A stretch of 64,000 nucleotides of DNA from Candidatus Latescibacterota bacterium (GCA_965243025.1 CBDETY010000003.1:5920001-5984000), one strand, 5' to 3'. Numbered from the stretch's first letter, positions 39,828-50,456 are shown. The notes: a model not told the origin generated them from the letters alone. A program made the numbers and translations.

Positions 39828-42338
39828 GTGAAGCTTTGCAAGTTGCTGCTCCCGCTGGCCTTGGCGGCCGCCGCCGCCGCCCTGCCGGAAGACGACATGA
39901 TGTTCGACGTACCCAGGCTCGAGGGGGTCGTCGTCGACGGCGACGGTTCCGAGTGGGGGGACCGCGGATTGCGCATCGGCGTGATCAAAAGCAAGGAGGG
40001 GACCCCGACCCCGGCCGCCGATCTCGACGTCCGCTTCCGCCTCGGCTGGGACGACGAGGGACTGCTTCTGCTGCTGACCGTTCACGACGACGTCCCGGTG
40101 GAACACCCCTCGATGACCGAGCTGTGGTCGAAGGACTCGATCGAGCTGTTCGCGTCGACGGGGCCGGGTGCGAAGACGCTCTACCAGGTCTACCTCGGCC
40201 CCGGGCGGGACCCGGAGTTCCCCGAGGTGCGCAGGAAGTTCTTCGACCACCGGGAGAACGGGGAATCGATGGCGGAGCTCGAGCTCACGGCGGAGCGGTC
40301 GCTGACCGCAACGGGGTACGTCTTCGAGGTGCTGATGCCCTGGGCCAACCTCGGCCGCGAGCCGGCGACGGGAGCCGAGGCCGGCTTCCAGATCTACGTG
40401 AACGACTCCGACGTGAAGGAGCAGTGGGACTGGTACCGGGCGCTGTGGTACCCGCGCGACGCCGCCCACATGTATCCGGGCAACATGCACCGCCTGCGGC
40501 TGGCGGAAGAAGCCGGGCCGCCGGTCGAGGTGGTCTCGTCCGCCGGTCTCGACGGCACGCGCCTGCGGCTCGACCTGGCCGCGGTGCCGGAGCTCGCCGG
40601 CGCCGGGCTCAGCCTGATGTCGGGTGACCGGCTGGCGGCGGAAACCGCGTTCGAGCGGGACGCGACCAGGGCGTCGGCAACGGTCGAGCTGCCGCTGCTG
40701 CCCGAAGAGGAGCCGTACGGCACCCTGTCCGCGGTCGCGGAGGGCCGCGAAATCGCGCGGATCGAGCTTCCCGACCCGCGCCAGCTGGCCGCCCGGGAGC
40801 TGATGCAGATGAAAGTGATCTGCGACCCTCATGTCTTCACCGGGGTGGAGCTTCCCCCCTGCGGGCCTGAGCGGCCGACGCGGGTCGAGGGGCTGGCCGG
40901 ACGCTTCGAGGTGCGCACCCGGTACTTCGACAGCGGCTTCCGGGAAGTGACCGCGGCCGAGAGGCCGGGCCGCTACGGCGCCGTCGTCGAGATCGACACC
41001 GAACACTCGGGAGTTCTGCGCCGCTACCGCACCCTGTTCCGCCAGCCCGAGCCGGTTTCGTGGTGGCGGGAGGACGGCGTGATAGGGTCGGTGCGGCTCC
41101 CCGATCAGCTCGGGATCGCTCCCGAAACAGCGGCGCGCCATGCCGATTCCATCGCCGAGTACGCCAAGTGGCGGTTCGTCGAGAGCCTGAAGGAGGATGT
41201 CCGCGGCGCCGCCCTGCTGGCCGGCCTCTACGAAGAGGACCCGGGCGCGGAAGAACCGGTCGGGCCTGGCAACGACGCCGAGGCCAGGGACCGGCAGTGG
41301 TGGGTGGACCTGAAGCGCCGGCAGCAGGGGGCGGCAACCGCCGGCGCCGAACCGTTCGTCTGCCCCCGTCCGCTCGCCGGTGAGCCGGCGCCGGTGCTGC
41401 GCCCGGGTTCGGCGGCCGAAGCCGGGATGTCGCCGGAAGCGGTGGCCGGCATCGATTCCCTGTGCCGGGTGTGGGCCGAACAATCCGACCAGGGGTTCGC
41501 CGTGGCCCTCGCAAGGCGGGGAGTGCTCGTCCTGCACGAGGCATACGGCACGCGGGACGGAAGGCCGATGACGGTGGACGACCGCAGCTGGATGGCGTCG
41601 ATCACCAAGCTCCTGTCGGGCACCCTGATGATGATGCTCGTCGACCGGGGGCTCGTCGATCTCGACGCCCCGGTCGACACCTACCTGCCCTCCCTGCGCG
41701 GCATCGAGGTCGCCAGGCCGCTGACGATCCGGGATCTCTACATCCACACCAACGGCCTGTGGGGGCACTGGGGGGACGACCTGCACGACTTCGAGGAGAT
41801 CGTCGCCGGTTACTACCCCTACCTGCCGGTCAGGGAGCAGCACAGCTACAACGGCGCCGGGTACGCCCTCGGCGGCAAGGTGATCGAAGCGCTGACCGGC
41901 GAGGCGATTCCCATGTTCTACAAACGCCGCCTCCTCGACCCCCTCGGCTGCGCGAACACCCACGTCTCCGACACTTCCGGGGGCGCCACCAGCGTTCCCG
42001 CCGACATCGCCCGCATCGCGCAGATGCTGCTGAATCGCGGCGCCTACGGGGATTTGCGCTTCTTCAGCGAGGAGACGTTCGCGCAGATGCTGCCGGCGAA
42101 GCAGGTGCTGTCAAACGGCCAGGAGGTCGAGTGGGGGATCGGCGCCACCTGGCACAGGAAGGAGGGGCTCGGCGAGTCGACCTTCGGCCACGGCGCGGCC
42201 TCGGCGGCGACCCTGCGCATCGATCCGGAGAACGAGCTTATCGTCGTCATGACCCGCAACTCCGCGGGCACGCATTTTTCCGACTTCCATCCGCAGTTCC
42301 TCGAGATGGCCGGGAGGGCCTGCGAAACAGGTATGTAG
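39828..42338 (+). CDS. Secreted serine hydrolase (beta-lactamase-like) with an N-terminal CBM9/DOMON-like domain
   Basis: Signal peptide, VDGD.SEW...WDDEGL...V.DD...DSIE. C-terminal SxxK (MASITK), LDAPV..YLP, FGHG. Confidence 0.8.
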   Translation: MKLCKLLLPLALAAAAAALPEDDMMFDVPRLEGVVVDGDGSEWGDRGLRIGVIKSKEGTPTPAADLDVRFRLGWDDEGLLLLLTVHDDVPVEHPSMTELWSKDSIELFASTGPGAKTLYQVYLGPGRDPEFPEVRRKFFDHRENGESMAELELTAERSLTATGYVFEVLMPWANLGREPATGAEAGFQIYVNDSDVKEQWDWYRALWYPRDAAHMYPGNMHRLRLAEEAGPPVEVVSSAGLDGTRLRLDLAAVPELAGAGLSLMSGDRLAAETAFERDATRASATVELPLLPEEEPYGTLSAVAEGREIARIELPDPRQLAARELMQMKVICDPHVFTGVELPPCGPERPTRVEGLAGRFEVRTRYFDSGFREVTAAERPGRYGAVVEIDTEHSGVLRRYRTLFRQPEPVSWWREDGVIGSVRLPDQLGIAPETAARHADSIAEYAKWRFVESLKEDVRGAALLAGLYEEDPGAEEPVGPGNDAEARDRQWWVDLKRRQQGAATAGAEPFVCPRPLAGEPAPVLRPGSAAEAGMSPEAVAGIDSLCRVWAEQSDQGFAVALARRGVLVLHEAYGTRDGRPMTVDDRSWMASITKLLSGTLMMMLVDRGLVDLDAPVDTYLPSLRGIEVARPLTIRDLYIHTNGLWGHWGDDLHDFEEIVAGYYPYLPVREQHSYNGAGYALGGKVIEALTGEAIPMFYKRRLLDPLGCANTHVSDTSGGATSVPADIARIAQMLLNRGAYGDLRFFSEETFAQMLPAKQVLSNGQEVEWGIGATWHRKEGLGESTFGHGAASAATLRIDPENELIVVMTRNSAGTHFSDFHPQFLEMAGRACETGM

Positions 42339-42431
42339 AGGGAGCCCGAACCCGAGCCCATTGCCTCGACGCAGGCGCCGAGGTTCAGTAACCCCGCGGA
42401 CTCGCGGTCCGCCGTTCATGTCAGGAGGATT

Positions 42432-43304
42432 TTGATGAGAACAGGGCTGGTCATGCTGTGCGCACTCGGCTGCACCGTCGGGGCGGGAGATTCACCTGCC
42501 GAGGCGGGAGGATACGGATGGTATTTCAGCGGCGCATCCGGTCTTGCCCTGAGCTCGGGCATGGACCAAACCGGCTGGAACCGGGACACGGTCTGCTATC
42601 CGACCGACCCCTGCTTCACCGCCGATCCCGTTCCGGAGCTGACGGGGTACCGCTGGGGTTACGACATCGAAGCGGATGTCGGCCACGGGTTCGAGTTCGC
42701 CCTCGGCCGCGGCCTCGGCGGCCTGCGTCTCGAGGTCTCGTTCTCCCGGAGCAGGAACGACATCGACCAGGAATTCGCCTCTCTCGAGTATTTCGACGGC
42801 AGCCCATGGATCGGCCGGGAGGGGACCGTGGTTTCCAACGACGTGGCTTCGATCGGCTGGCTCACCACCCGGATTCTGGCGCTCAACGTGTACCGCGACT
42901 TCCGGGTGACCCGCCGCCTGGCCCCCTACGCCGGCGCCGGGCTTGGCGCGGCCTTCGCCACGGTCAGCGACGTGCAGTACTCCAACGACTACCAGGACAC
43001 CGCGGAGTCGCCCCCTGTCTACGACCCGCCGCTGTCGTTCTACAACAGCGTCCAGGACTCCGACTATTCCGGCAGGGCGGCCGCCGGCCGGCTGCACGCA
43101 GGAGTTGATTACGAGGTGAACGGCCGGATGCTGCTCGGCGCCAAGCTGACTTGGTCCCTGGTCGGCGAAATCACCGACACCGGCGTCTATGCCAGGCACC
43201 CGATGCAACAGGAGGGGGATCCCCCCTTCACCAACACGACCCGCTTCGGTGCGTCGCGCGGCTGGTCGCTGGCCCTCGCCGTCAAGCACCGGCTCGGGGG
43301 GTGA
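42432..43304 (+). CDS. Outer-membrane beta-barrel protein (Msp2/OmpA-like 8-stranded)
   Basis: Signal peptide, GLRLEVS, ALNVYRDF, PYAGAGLG, AGVDYEV. Confidence 0.7.
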   Translation: MMRTGLVMLCALGCTVGAGDSPAEAGGYGWYFSGASGLALSSGMDQTGWNRDTVCYPTDPCFTADPVPELTGYRWGYDIEADVGHGFEFALGRGLGGLRLEVSFSRSRNDIDQEFASLEYFDGSPWIGREGTVVSNDVASIGWLTTRILALNVYRDFRVTRRLAPYAGAGLGAAFATVSDVQYSNDYQDTAESPPVYDPPLSFYNSVQDSDYSGRAAAGRLHAGVDYEVNGRMLLGAKLTWSLVGEITDTGVYARHPMQQEGDPPFTNTTRFGASRGWSLALAVKHRLGG

Positions 43305-43411
43305 GGGTTCGGGGGCTCAACCCCAGTCATGCTCCGTGACCGGGGATATGGGGACATCGGAGGGGGCCTGCCGAAAAACAACCTGTTGGAAGGCAACCGG
43401 AACGGTAGCTG

Positions 43412-43828
43412 CTAACCTTGTGCCGAGGTCCCGACGTGCAGGTGCCGGCCTATGGCTCCGAGTGCTGCGTCCAGTTGATCCATTCGCGAGTTGTGCTGGA
43501 CATCCAGCACCCGGTCCACCTGCGGCAGGTGCCAGCCGAGGCGGCGGGCGAGCTCTGCTTTCCCGATGCCCTGCTCTCGCATTCCTTGATAGAGCATCAC
43601 CTTGATTGCGGTGAGGGTCGGCAGCACGGCGGTTTCCGGTCTTGGAGAAGGCGCGGGAATGTCCCGCCCGTCGTGGATGCGGGCGGCTATCGCCTCTTCC
43701 AGGGCATCGACAGCCCGGGCGAGCGCTTCGTCCCTGTCCATTCCGAACGTGGTGAGTTCCGGAAAATCCGGGGATGTGGCCAGCAAGGTGCCATCATCCT
43801 CCTGGAGCAGAATGGGCCAGGTCAGCAT
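43412..43828 (-). CDS. hicB: HicB-family antitoxin with C-terminal HTH
   Basis: SPDFPELTTFG..R.EAL..A.DAL...IP.PS, then KAELARRLGWHLPQVDRVLD. Confidence 0.85.
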   Translation of the reverse strand: MLTWPILLQEDDGTLLATSPDFPELTTFGMDRDEALARAVDALEEAIAARIHDGRDIPAPSPRPETAVLPTLTAIKVMLYQGMREQGIGKAELARRLGWHLPQVDRVLDVQHNSRMDQLDAALGAIGRHLHVGTSAQG

Positions 43829-43869
43829 CAGGTCAACCCCAGATCCTTCTTGATTTTGGCGACCAGCCC
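43828..43869 (-). pseudogene. hicA: C-terminal remnant of hicA toxin
   Basis: GLVAKIKKDLGLT*, whose TGA overlaps the hicB ATG (TGATG). Upstream sequence is not HicA-like. Confidence 0.6.
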
Positions 43870-43974
43870 TCGGTCACCGACCAAGTAAAATTTACTACGC
43901 CGCCTCGGGAATTACCTTGGTGGAAGCAGGGTGTTGTTAGAGGAACGCCTGATGAGAGTGGAACACCAGCAATT

Positions 43975-45303
43975 ATGTTCGTAGAAGGGTATACCGATCA
44001 GCTGAGCTACCGGGCGGGGGAGAAGGTGCGCTTTCACGTCTCCACCAGCGCCGAGGAGTACGCGCTGGAAGTGGCGCGGATCGGGGCCGGCCGCGAAGTC
44101 GTATGGCGGGAGGACCAGCTTCCCGGGGCGGCCCATCCGGTTCCGGAAGACGCCTCCTCCAACGGCTGCGGCTGGCCGGTCTCCCACTCGCTGGAGGTGC
44201 CGGACGACTGGCGCAGCGGCTACTACGAGTTCGCGCTGCGCGCCGAGGACCAGGGGGGCAGGTTCGTGCAGCGGGGGCGGCGCACCGCCGAGAGCCGGGG
44301 CTTCTTCATCGTCCGCCCGGCAGGCCCCACCGACGCCCGCATCCTGCTGCAGCTGGCGACCAATACCTACAGCGCCTACAACAACTGGGGCGGCTACAGC
44401 TTCTACAGCTACCACGGCCGCGGCGGGCTCCAGGGGCATCGCGTCTCCTTCGACCGCCCCCTGGCCGGGCTGTTCGACCGCTGGGAGCGGGACTTCGTCG
44501 AGTGGGCGGAGGGCGCCGGATACGCGCTCGACTACTGCGCCAACTCCGACCTCGAGCGGCATCCCGGGCTGCTGGAGAACTACCGGCTCGTGCTGAGCGT
44601 TGGGCACGACGAATACTGGTCGGAGCCCATGCGCGACCACCTCGAAGCCTGGATCGCGGCCGGGGGCAACGCCGCCTTCTTCAGCGGCAACTCCGTGTGC
44701 TGGCGGGTGCGCAGCGAGGACGAGGGCCGGGCGCTGGTCTGCTGGAAACAGCAGTTCAACATGGACCCGGCCTGGTTCGCAGGAGATTTCGCGGACCTGT
44801 CGACCCTGTGGAGCCATCACCTCGTCGGCCGGCCGGAAAACCAGCTGACCGGGGTGGGGTTTCTGTACGGCGGCTATCACCTGAGCCACGGGCAGTACAT
44901 GGACGGGTCCGGGGCGTTTGCGGTCCACCGCCCGGAGCACTGGGTTTTCGCGGGGACCGGCCTGCAGCGAGGCGAAAGCTTCGGAGGGGACCACACCGTC
45001 GTCGGGTACGAGTGCGACGGCTGCGAGTTCACCCTGGAAGAGGGGCTGCCGGTACCCACGGGGACCGATGGCACCCCGGCGGACTTCACCATCCTGTGCA
45101 CCGCCCCGGCGCGGTGGCACCCGAACGACAGCTGGTGGTACGAGCGCTGGGAGAAGGGCCGGGAGGGCGCCGCGGTCATGGGCCTCTACACCCGCGGGGG
45201 GACGGTGTTCACGGCCGGGACGACCGACTGGTCGCACGGGCTCGAGGGAGACGCGGCAGTCGCCCGGATCACCCGCAACGTCCTCGACCGGCTGAGCCGG
45301 TAG
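43975..45303 (+). CDS. N,N-dimethylformamidase beta-subunit family protein
   Basis: P.DWRSGYY, TY.AYNNWGG.S.Y, VSFDRP, SVGHDEYWS, FFSGN, PEN.LTG, VGYECD. Confidence 0.85.
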   Translation: MFVEGYTDQLSYRAGEKVRFHVSTSAEEYALEVARIGAGREVVWREDQLPGAAHPVPEDASSNGCGWPVSHSLEVPDDWRSGYYEFALRAEDQGGRFVQRGRRTAESRGFFIVRPAGPTDARILLQLATNTYSAYNNWGGYSFYSYHGRGGLQGHRVSFDRPLAGLFDRWERDFVEWAEGAGYALDYCANSDLERHPGLLENYRLVLSVGHDEYWSEPMRDHLEAWIAAGGNAAFFSGNSVCWRVRSEDEGRALVCWKQQFNMDPAWFAGDFADLSTLWSHHLVGRPENQLTGVGFLYGGYHLSHGQYMDGSGAFAVHRPEHWVFAGTGLQRGESFGGDHTVVGYECDGCEFTLEEGLPVPTGTDGTPADFTILCTAPARWHPNDSWWYERWEKGREGAAVMGLYTRGGTVFTAGTTDWSHGLEGDAAVARITRNVLDRLSR

Positions 45304-45328
45304 CGATCCGACATACCATCCCGGGGAC

Positions 45329-47677
45329 GTGTTGCCCAGGAAGGCATCCACCATGCTCCCGGTCCTGTTCTTGTTTATGGTCCTTGGCGCTGCTCCGGCC
45401 GCGGCCATCGATGGCGCTATTGCCGGCCGAATCGAGGACGGCACAACGGGTACGGGCCTCATGGGGGCTTATGTCCTGGTCACCGGGACCCGCCTTGGGG
45501 CCGTGGCCGACAGCAGCGGTTCCTTTTACATACGCTCCGTGCCGCCGGGAACGTACCGCCTGACTGCAAAAATGCTGGGCTACAAGGCGCGAATCGTGCG
45601 CCAGGTCTTCGTACACTCCGGCGAGACTACCTCTCTCGAGATCGACTTGCAGCCGCAGTCCATTGAACTGGCGACCGTCACCGTCGTCGGCCACCGCCGC
45701 GATCCGGCCTCCCAACAGGCCGGCGCCCACCAGATCGAAGCGCGCCATGTCGTCGAAATGCCAGGAGGGGGCGAGGATCTGTTTCGCTCGCTGCACGCCC
45801 TGCCGGGGGTGGTTGCCCGCGCCGATTTTGCCAGCCAGCTCTACGTGCGCGGCGGCAGCCCCGACCAGAACCTCATCGTCGTCGACAGAGTGCCGGTATT
45901 CAACCCGTACCGGCTCAAGCTGCTCGGCGGCCCGGTGAGCATGTTCAATCCCGATATGGTCGAGAGGGTCGAGTTGTTGCCCGGCGGCTTCCCGGCCCGG
46001 TACGGCGACCGCCTCTCGGCGGTGTTGGTGGTCGAGAACCGCGAAGGCGCGCGCGAGCGGCGGCAATGGCGCGGCGGCGCAAGCCTGATCGACATGCGCG
46101 CCTTTGCCGAAGGCCCGCTACCCGGATCGCGCCGGAACGGTTCGTGGACCGCCGCCACGCGGCGCACCTGGTACGACCAGTTGCTCAACCGCCTCGACAG
46201 CCTGCCCAAAGGCACGGTTCTGCCCTTCTTCCGCGACTATCAGGCCAAGCTTGTTTACGATCTCGGGCCGGAACAGAAACTTCACCTCAACGTCCTGAAT
46301 TCCCACGAAGGGGCTCTGCTCAGGGACTTGGACGTGGAGGAGGAGGACGACGAGGACTTTTTCACCGCCGCGGACCAGTTCCAGTTCGAAAGCGGCTTCG
46401 ACAACAATCTGTACAGCCTCGGCTGGGCCAATGCCGTAAGCGATGTGACCCTCTCGGATCTGACCCTGTCCTTTTTCAACGACGACTGGTTCTTCGACCT
46501 GACCACCGAGGAGGAATTCTTCCGCGCCGACATCGACATGCGCAAGCTCGATATCCGCGAGGATCTGATTCACATCGCCAGCCGCGACCACCACCTGCGC
46601 ATGGGCTTGTCGGTGGCCGACCTGATAACCGATATCATGGTGGAGATACGCCAGGATTCGGCGGCCTATTTCGAGCGCGAGCCCGGCGACCGGCGCGACG
46701 GGGACGGCGCCATGGTCGAACGCAGCATCCGCCTGCAGAACGCCTCGACGACCACCGCCTTTTTCCTGCAGGACGAGTGGCGGCGCTGGCATCCCCGCCT
46801 GCTGGTGCTGCCCGGGGTGCGGCTGGATTACTCGACCTTTACCCGGGAGTGGGTCTTCAGCCCCCGTCTGGGGCTGAACTACGCCCTGACGAGCGACCTG
46901 CGGGGGCGCGGCGGCTGGGGGTTTTACCACCAGGCGCCCAACTTCGTCGGCCTCTTCGAGCGCTTTGAACGGGAAATCGAGTGGAACCTGTTCGAGACCA
47001 TCGTCCTGAAAACCGAACGGGCGCAGCACTTCACCGCCGGGCTGGACTGGGACCGCGGCCAGGCGCATGCGGCCAAACTCGAAGGTTATTACAAGCGGCT
47101 CGACCATCTGGTGGTAGCCCGCGATTCGACCTACCAGTCCATTCCCGACAACAGCGGGCGGGGCCACGCCTGCGGCCTCGAACTTTTCCTGCAGCGGCGG
47201 CCGTCCGCGGCCGCCCGCCTGTCGGGCTGGGTCAGTTATTCGCTGGGCGTCAGCAAGGAGGGCAATCCCCGGGACCCCCTGCACTACCGCGACGTCGATC
47301 AACGCCACACCCTGGACCTGATCGGCCGCCTGCGCCTGACCGGGCGTTCGTCGCTAGATGTGCGCTACAGCTACGGCAGCGGCTTCCCCTGGACTCCGGT
47401 GGCCGTGGACTCCGACGGCGAGCCGCTGTTCGACGCCGAAGGCAACGTCGTCTGGGAGGCGACCAATTCGCGGCGCTATCCGGCCTACCGCCGCCTCGAC
47501 GTGCGCCTGAGCTGGCGCGGCGAGGTCGGCGGGCGCACGTGCACGGCTTATCTCGAAGTCATCAACGCGCTGAACCGCCGCAATGTCTTCGAGTATTACT
47601 GGGACGAGGACTACCGCCGTCTGGTCAGCTACATGTTGCCGCTCATGCCCTTTTTCGGGCTGCGCCTGGGAAATTGA
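45329..47677 (+). CDS. TonB-dependent receptor with carboxypeptidase-regulatory-like N-domain
   Basis: Plug LPGV...LYVRGGSPDQN...GGFPARYGDRLSAV, barrel FSPRLG, EGYYK, C-terminal PFFGLRL. Confidence 0.9.
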   Translation: MLPRKASTMLPVLFLFMVLGAAPAAAIDGAIAGRIEDGTTGTGLMGAYVLVTGTRLGAVADSSGSFYIRSVPPGTYRLTAKMLGYKARIVRQVFVHSGETTSLEIDLQPQSIELATVTVVGHRRDPASQQAGAHQIEARHVVEMPGGGEDLFRSLHALPGVVARADFASQLYVRGGSPDQNLIVVDRVPVFNPYRLKLLGGPVSMFNPDMVERVELLPGGFPARYGDRLSAVLVVENREGARERRQWRGGASLIDMRAFAEGPLPGSRRNGSWTAATRRTWYDQLLNRLDSLPKGTVLPFFRDYQAKLVYDLGPEQKLHLNVLNSHEGALLRDLDVEEEDDEDFFTAADQFQFESGFDNNLYSLGWANAVSDVTLSDLTLSFFNDDWFFDLTTEEEFFRADIDMRKLDIREDLIHIASRDHHLRMGLSVADLITDIMVEIRQDSAAYFEREPGDRRDGDGAMVERSIRLQNASTTTAFFLQDEWRRWHPRLLVLPGVRLDYSTFTREWVFSPRLGLNYALTSDLRGRGGWGFYHQAPNFVGLFERFEREIEWNLFETIVLKTERAQHFTAGLDWDRGQAHAAKLEGYYKRLDHLVVARDSTYQSIPDNSGRGHACGLELFLQRRPSAAARLSGWVSYSLGVSKEGNPRDPLHYRDVDQRHTLDLIGRLRLTGRSSLDVRYSYGSGFPWTPVAVDSDGEPLFDAEGNVVWEATNSRRYPAYRRLDVRLSWRGEVGGRTCTAYLEVINALNRRNVFEYYWDEDYRRLVSYMLPLMPFFGLRLGN

Positions 47678-47696
47678 CCGGTCCGGGCCGGCTGCT

Positions 47697-48566
47697 TCAT
47701 GCGGTCACTATCCACTTGTCCCTTTCCCACTGCTTCTGCCCGATCCGCTCGACGTACTCCTCTCCCATGTGCTCGCTCAGCCAGCCCTTGAGGGGAACGT
47801 CCTCCTCCGTCGGCTGCCACCAGCCCTTGACGTCCACCCCGTCGCCGAGCAGCTGCCGCCGTATCGGACTGCACTTCTCGAGGATCTCGCCGGGAATCAG
47901 GTTGTAGTCGAGGCCGCGCAGCCAGCGGTAGCTGTACCCCAGGAACAGCACTTTCCGGGTCGTATCCGAGGTGTTGATCCCGCGCGAATGCCACATCCGC
48001 CGGTCGAACAGCACCGCGGTTCCCGCCTTCACCCGGACCTGCATCGCATCGGCAAAGTCGGGCGCCCGGTCCCGTTTGTGGCTTTCCGGGACGATCCGGA
48101 TCCCCCCGCTGCCAGGGGCGCTGATGTCGGTGAGCCAGAACCCGACCTTCAGCGACAACCGCGGGTGGGGACGCTCCATTTCGGGGATCGGCCGACCGCC
48201 GTCCTGGTGCCATCCGCCGGGCTTCGGGTCGGCGTCATCCCCTGTTTCGGGCGGGTAGTAGATAAGGTGGGAGATGTAGTGCTGGACGTTCCAGCCGAGG
48301 ATGTCCCAGACAAGCGGGAACGTCTTCGGCCAGTCGAGCAGTTCGAGAAACAGGTCGTCCTCGACGATGGTCCTGAACTTCATCATCAGGGAATCCGGCG
48401 CCAGATCCCGCGCCGCTCTTTCCCGGGCATCTACGCGGTCGCCGGCTTCCAGCAGCCTTCCCAGCATGTCGTCGTCGAGCGCGTCCTCCACGACCAGGTA
48501 TCCCTGCTGTTCGAAGTGATCCCGCTGCTCATCGGTCATGCAGTACTGCAGGCAGTCAGGGTCCAT
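47697..48566 (-). CDS. Phytanoyl-CoA dioxygenase family protein
   Basis: WHQD...PESH...MWHSRG. Confidence 0.85.
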   Translation of the reverse strand: MDPDCLQYCMTDEQRDHFEQQGYLVVEDALDDDMLGRLLEAGDRVDARERAARDLAPDSLMMKFRTIVEDDLFLELLDWPKTFPLVWDILGWNVQHYISHLIYYPPETGDDADPKPGGWHQDGGRPIPEMERPHPRLSLKVGFWLTDISAPGSGGIRIVPESHKRDRAPDFADAMQVRVKAGTAVLFDRRMWHSRGINTSDTTRKVLFLGYSYRWLRGLDYNLIPGEILEKCSPIRRQLLGDGVDVKGWWQPTEEDVPLKGWLSEHMGEEYVERIGQKQWERDKWIVTA

Positions 48567-48590
48567 GGGTGCGTTCTCCTGCCCGTCTCG

Positions 48591-50456
48591 TCAACCCCTG
48601 GACAGATCGTTTTTCTTCAGTTTGCGGTACAGGGTCGCGCGGTCGATGCCCAGGGCCTCGGCTGCCTTCATGACATCATTGCCTGTGATTTCGAGGGCGT
48701 GGACCAGGGCCTGGCGCTCCAATTCGGCCAGCGGCCGGACCTCGGGCGGCGGGTGACTGCTTCCGCCAGCGATGACGGTGGACAACTGGGGAGGCAGGTT
48801 GCCGGCTTGGAGCACTTCGTTCCCCTCCAGCAGCACGGCGCGCTGGATTGCGTTCTCCAGCTCGCGCACGTTGCCGGGCCAGTCGTACTGGAGCAACATG
48901 CGCTGGGCAGCGGTGGAAAGGCCACTGATGGATTTTCCCGCGTTTTCGGCGTGTATTTCGAGGAAATGCCTGGCCAGCAGGGGAATGTCCTCGCGTCGGT
49001 CTCTCAGCGGCGGAATGGCGATCGGGAAAGCGGAGACGCGGTAGAAAAGATCCTGGCGGAACTTCCCCTCCCTTGCTGAACGCTCCAGGTCCTTGTTGGT
49101 CGCCGTCATTACCCGGATGTCCACGGGAACGGGAGCCGTTCCGCCCACCCGCTGGATTTCCCGCTCCTGCAGGACGCGCAGCAGTTTGCCCTGCAGGGCG
49201 ACGGGCATGTCGCCGATCTCGTCGAGCAGGATCGTTCCTTTGTCGGCGCGCTCGAAGGCCCCGGTTCGCTGTTCCGTCGCCCCGGTGAAAGCCCCTCGTT
49301 CATGTCCGAACAGCTCGCTTTCGATGAGCGTTTCGGGAATGGCGGCGCAATTGACGGCCACGAACGGCCCCTGCTTTCGCGGGCCGTTGAGGTGAACGGA
49401 CTTGGCAACCAACTCCTTCCCGGTGCCGCTCTCGCCGCGAATGAGCATCCCGATATCGCTTTTGGCGGCCTGCTCCATCAGCGCGTACACCTCCTGCATT
49501 CCAGGGCTGATGCCGACCATGTCGGCAAATGAGCTGGTCGTCTTCAGCTCGCTGCGCAGGCGCAGCACCTCGGCTTTCATCTGCTCGGCCTCGATCTCCC
49601 TGGACACGTCCCGGTAGAGGACGAGGCTGCCGATCTCCTCACCGCCGCCGTCGCGCACCGGTGCGGTGGAGCGGTAAAACAGCCGCTGCCTGGGGTCGTG
49701 GTCCGAGCTGGTCGATTCCACGAAGCTGCCGCTGTCGAGCAGAAACCTTCCCTCCACGTCGCTGAAATCCGGTTCCCGGAACCGCTCTTCGAAGCGCGCC
49801 GCGAGATCGCGCGGGGGGATTTCCCTCAACTCGCTACCCATCAGACCCAGCAACTCCTCGTACGCCTGGTTGGCGAAGACGAGGCGGCCGTCGCTGTCGT
49901 GCATGGCGATGGCGTCCCCCGTGGCGTTGAGCACCGCTTCCAGCCTGCGATGGCTGTTGGTAAGCTGCCGTTCGATGTTCCACTTCCCGGCCAGGGAAAC
50001 GGTGATCTGCTGAACTTCCTCGTGCGAAAAAGGCTTTCGGATATAGAGCAGCTTGTGCAGCAATTCCATGTCGTGGACGATCTCGGGCAGCGCCTTGTCG
50101 GTGTACGCGGTCATGATGACGATCTCGACGTCGCGATCGATTGTTCTGATACGCCGAATCGTTTCGATGCCGTCGATGCCCGGGGGCATTCTGATGTCGA
50201 TGTAGGCGACAGAAATGGGGCGGTTGGATTCCTTTCCCCTTCGGACAGTCGCGCAGGCTTCCTCCCCGTTGTACGCGTGCTGCAACTCGAACTCGGGGAG
50301 CCAGGCCTCCTCTTCCTCGCCCATGAAGGCAGCGGCGAGATCGTCCTTTGGCGGCTGCGCAAAACAGGGCCCCAGCATCTCCCTGAAGTCGTCGTGGATC
50401 TCCTGCTGATCGTCGACGATAAGCACAAGGTTGTTCTCATGATTACCTGGTTTCAT
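48591..50456 (-). CDS. sigma54-dependent response regulator (REC-PAS-AAA+-Fis HTH)
   Basis: LIVDD, DIRMPPG, KPF, a PAS domain, GESGTGKE, GAFTGA, WPGNVREL, LGIDRATLYRKL. Confidence 0.92.
   Translation of the reverse strand: MKPGNHENNLVLIVDDQQEIHDDFREMLGPCFAQPPKDDLAAAFMGEEEEAWLPEFELQHAYNGEEACATVRRGKESNRPISVAYIDIRMPPGIDGIETIRRIRTIDRDVEIVIMTAYTDKALPEIVHDMELLHKLLYIRKPFSHEEVQQITVSLAGKWNIERQLTNSHRRLEAVLNATGDAIAMHDSDGRLVFANQAYEELLGLMGSELREIPPRDLAARFEERFREPDFSDVEGRFLLDSGSFVESTSSDHDPRQRLFYRSTAPVRDGGGEEIGSLVLYRDVSREIEAEQMKAEVLRLRSELKTTSSFADMVGISPGMQEVYALMEQAAKSDIGMLIRGESGTGKELVAKSVHLNGPRKQGPFVAVNCAAIPETLIESELFGHERGAFTGATEQRTGAFERADKGTILLDEIGDMPVALQGKLLRVLQEREIQRVGGTAPVPVDIRVMTATNKDLERSAREGKFRQDLFYRVSAFPIAIPPLRDRREDIPLLARHFLEIHAENAGKSISGLSTAAQRMLLQYDWPGNVRELENAIQRAVLLEGNEVLQAGNLPPQLSTVIAGGSSHPPPEVRPLAELERQALVHALEITGNDVMKAAEALGIDRATLYRKLKKNDLSRG

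Noticed and set aside
31910-41963. Long antisense or alternate-frame ORFs (e.g. 31910-34417, 34579-36333, 38850-41963; also 2330-4357, 15263-17068, 23995-26829)
   Set aside because: Shadow ORFs of well-supported genes in high-GC DNA, with no recognisable motifs.
43774-43974. N-terminal extension of the DMFase-like ORF
   Set aside because: It overlaps hicB and the hicA remnant on the opposite strand. The family-like sequence begins at ATG 43975.
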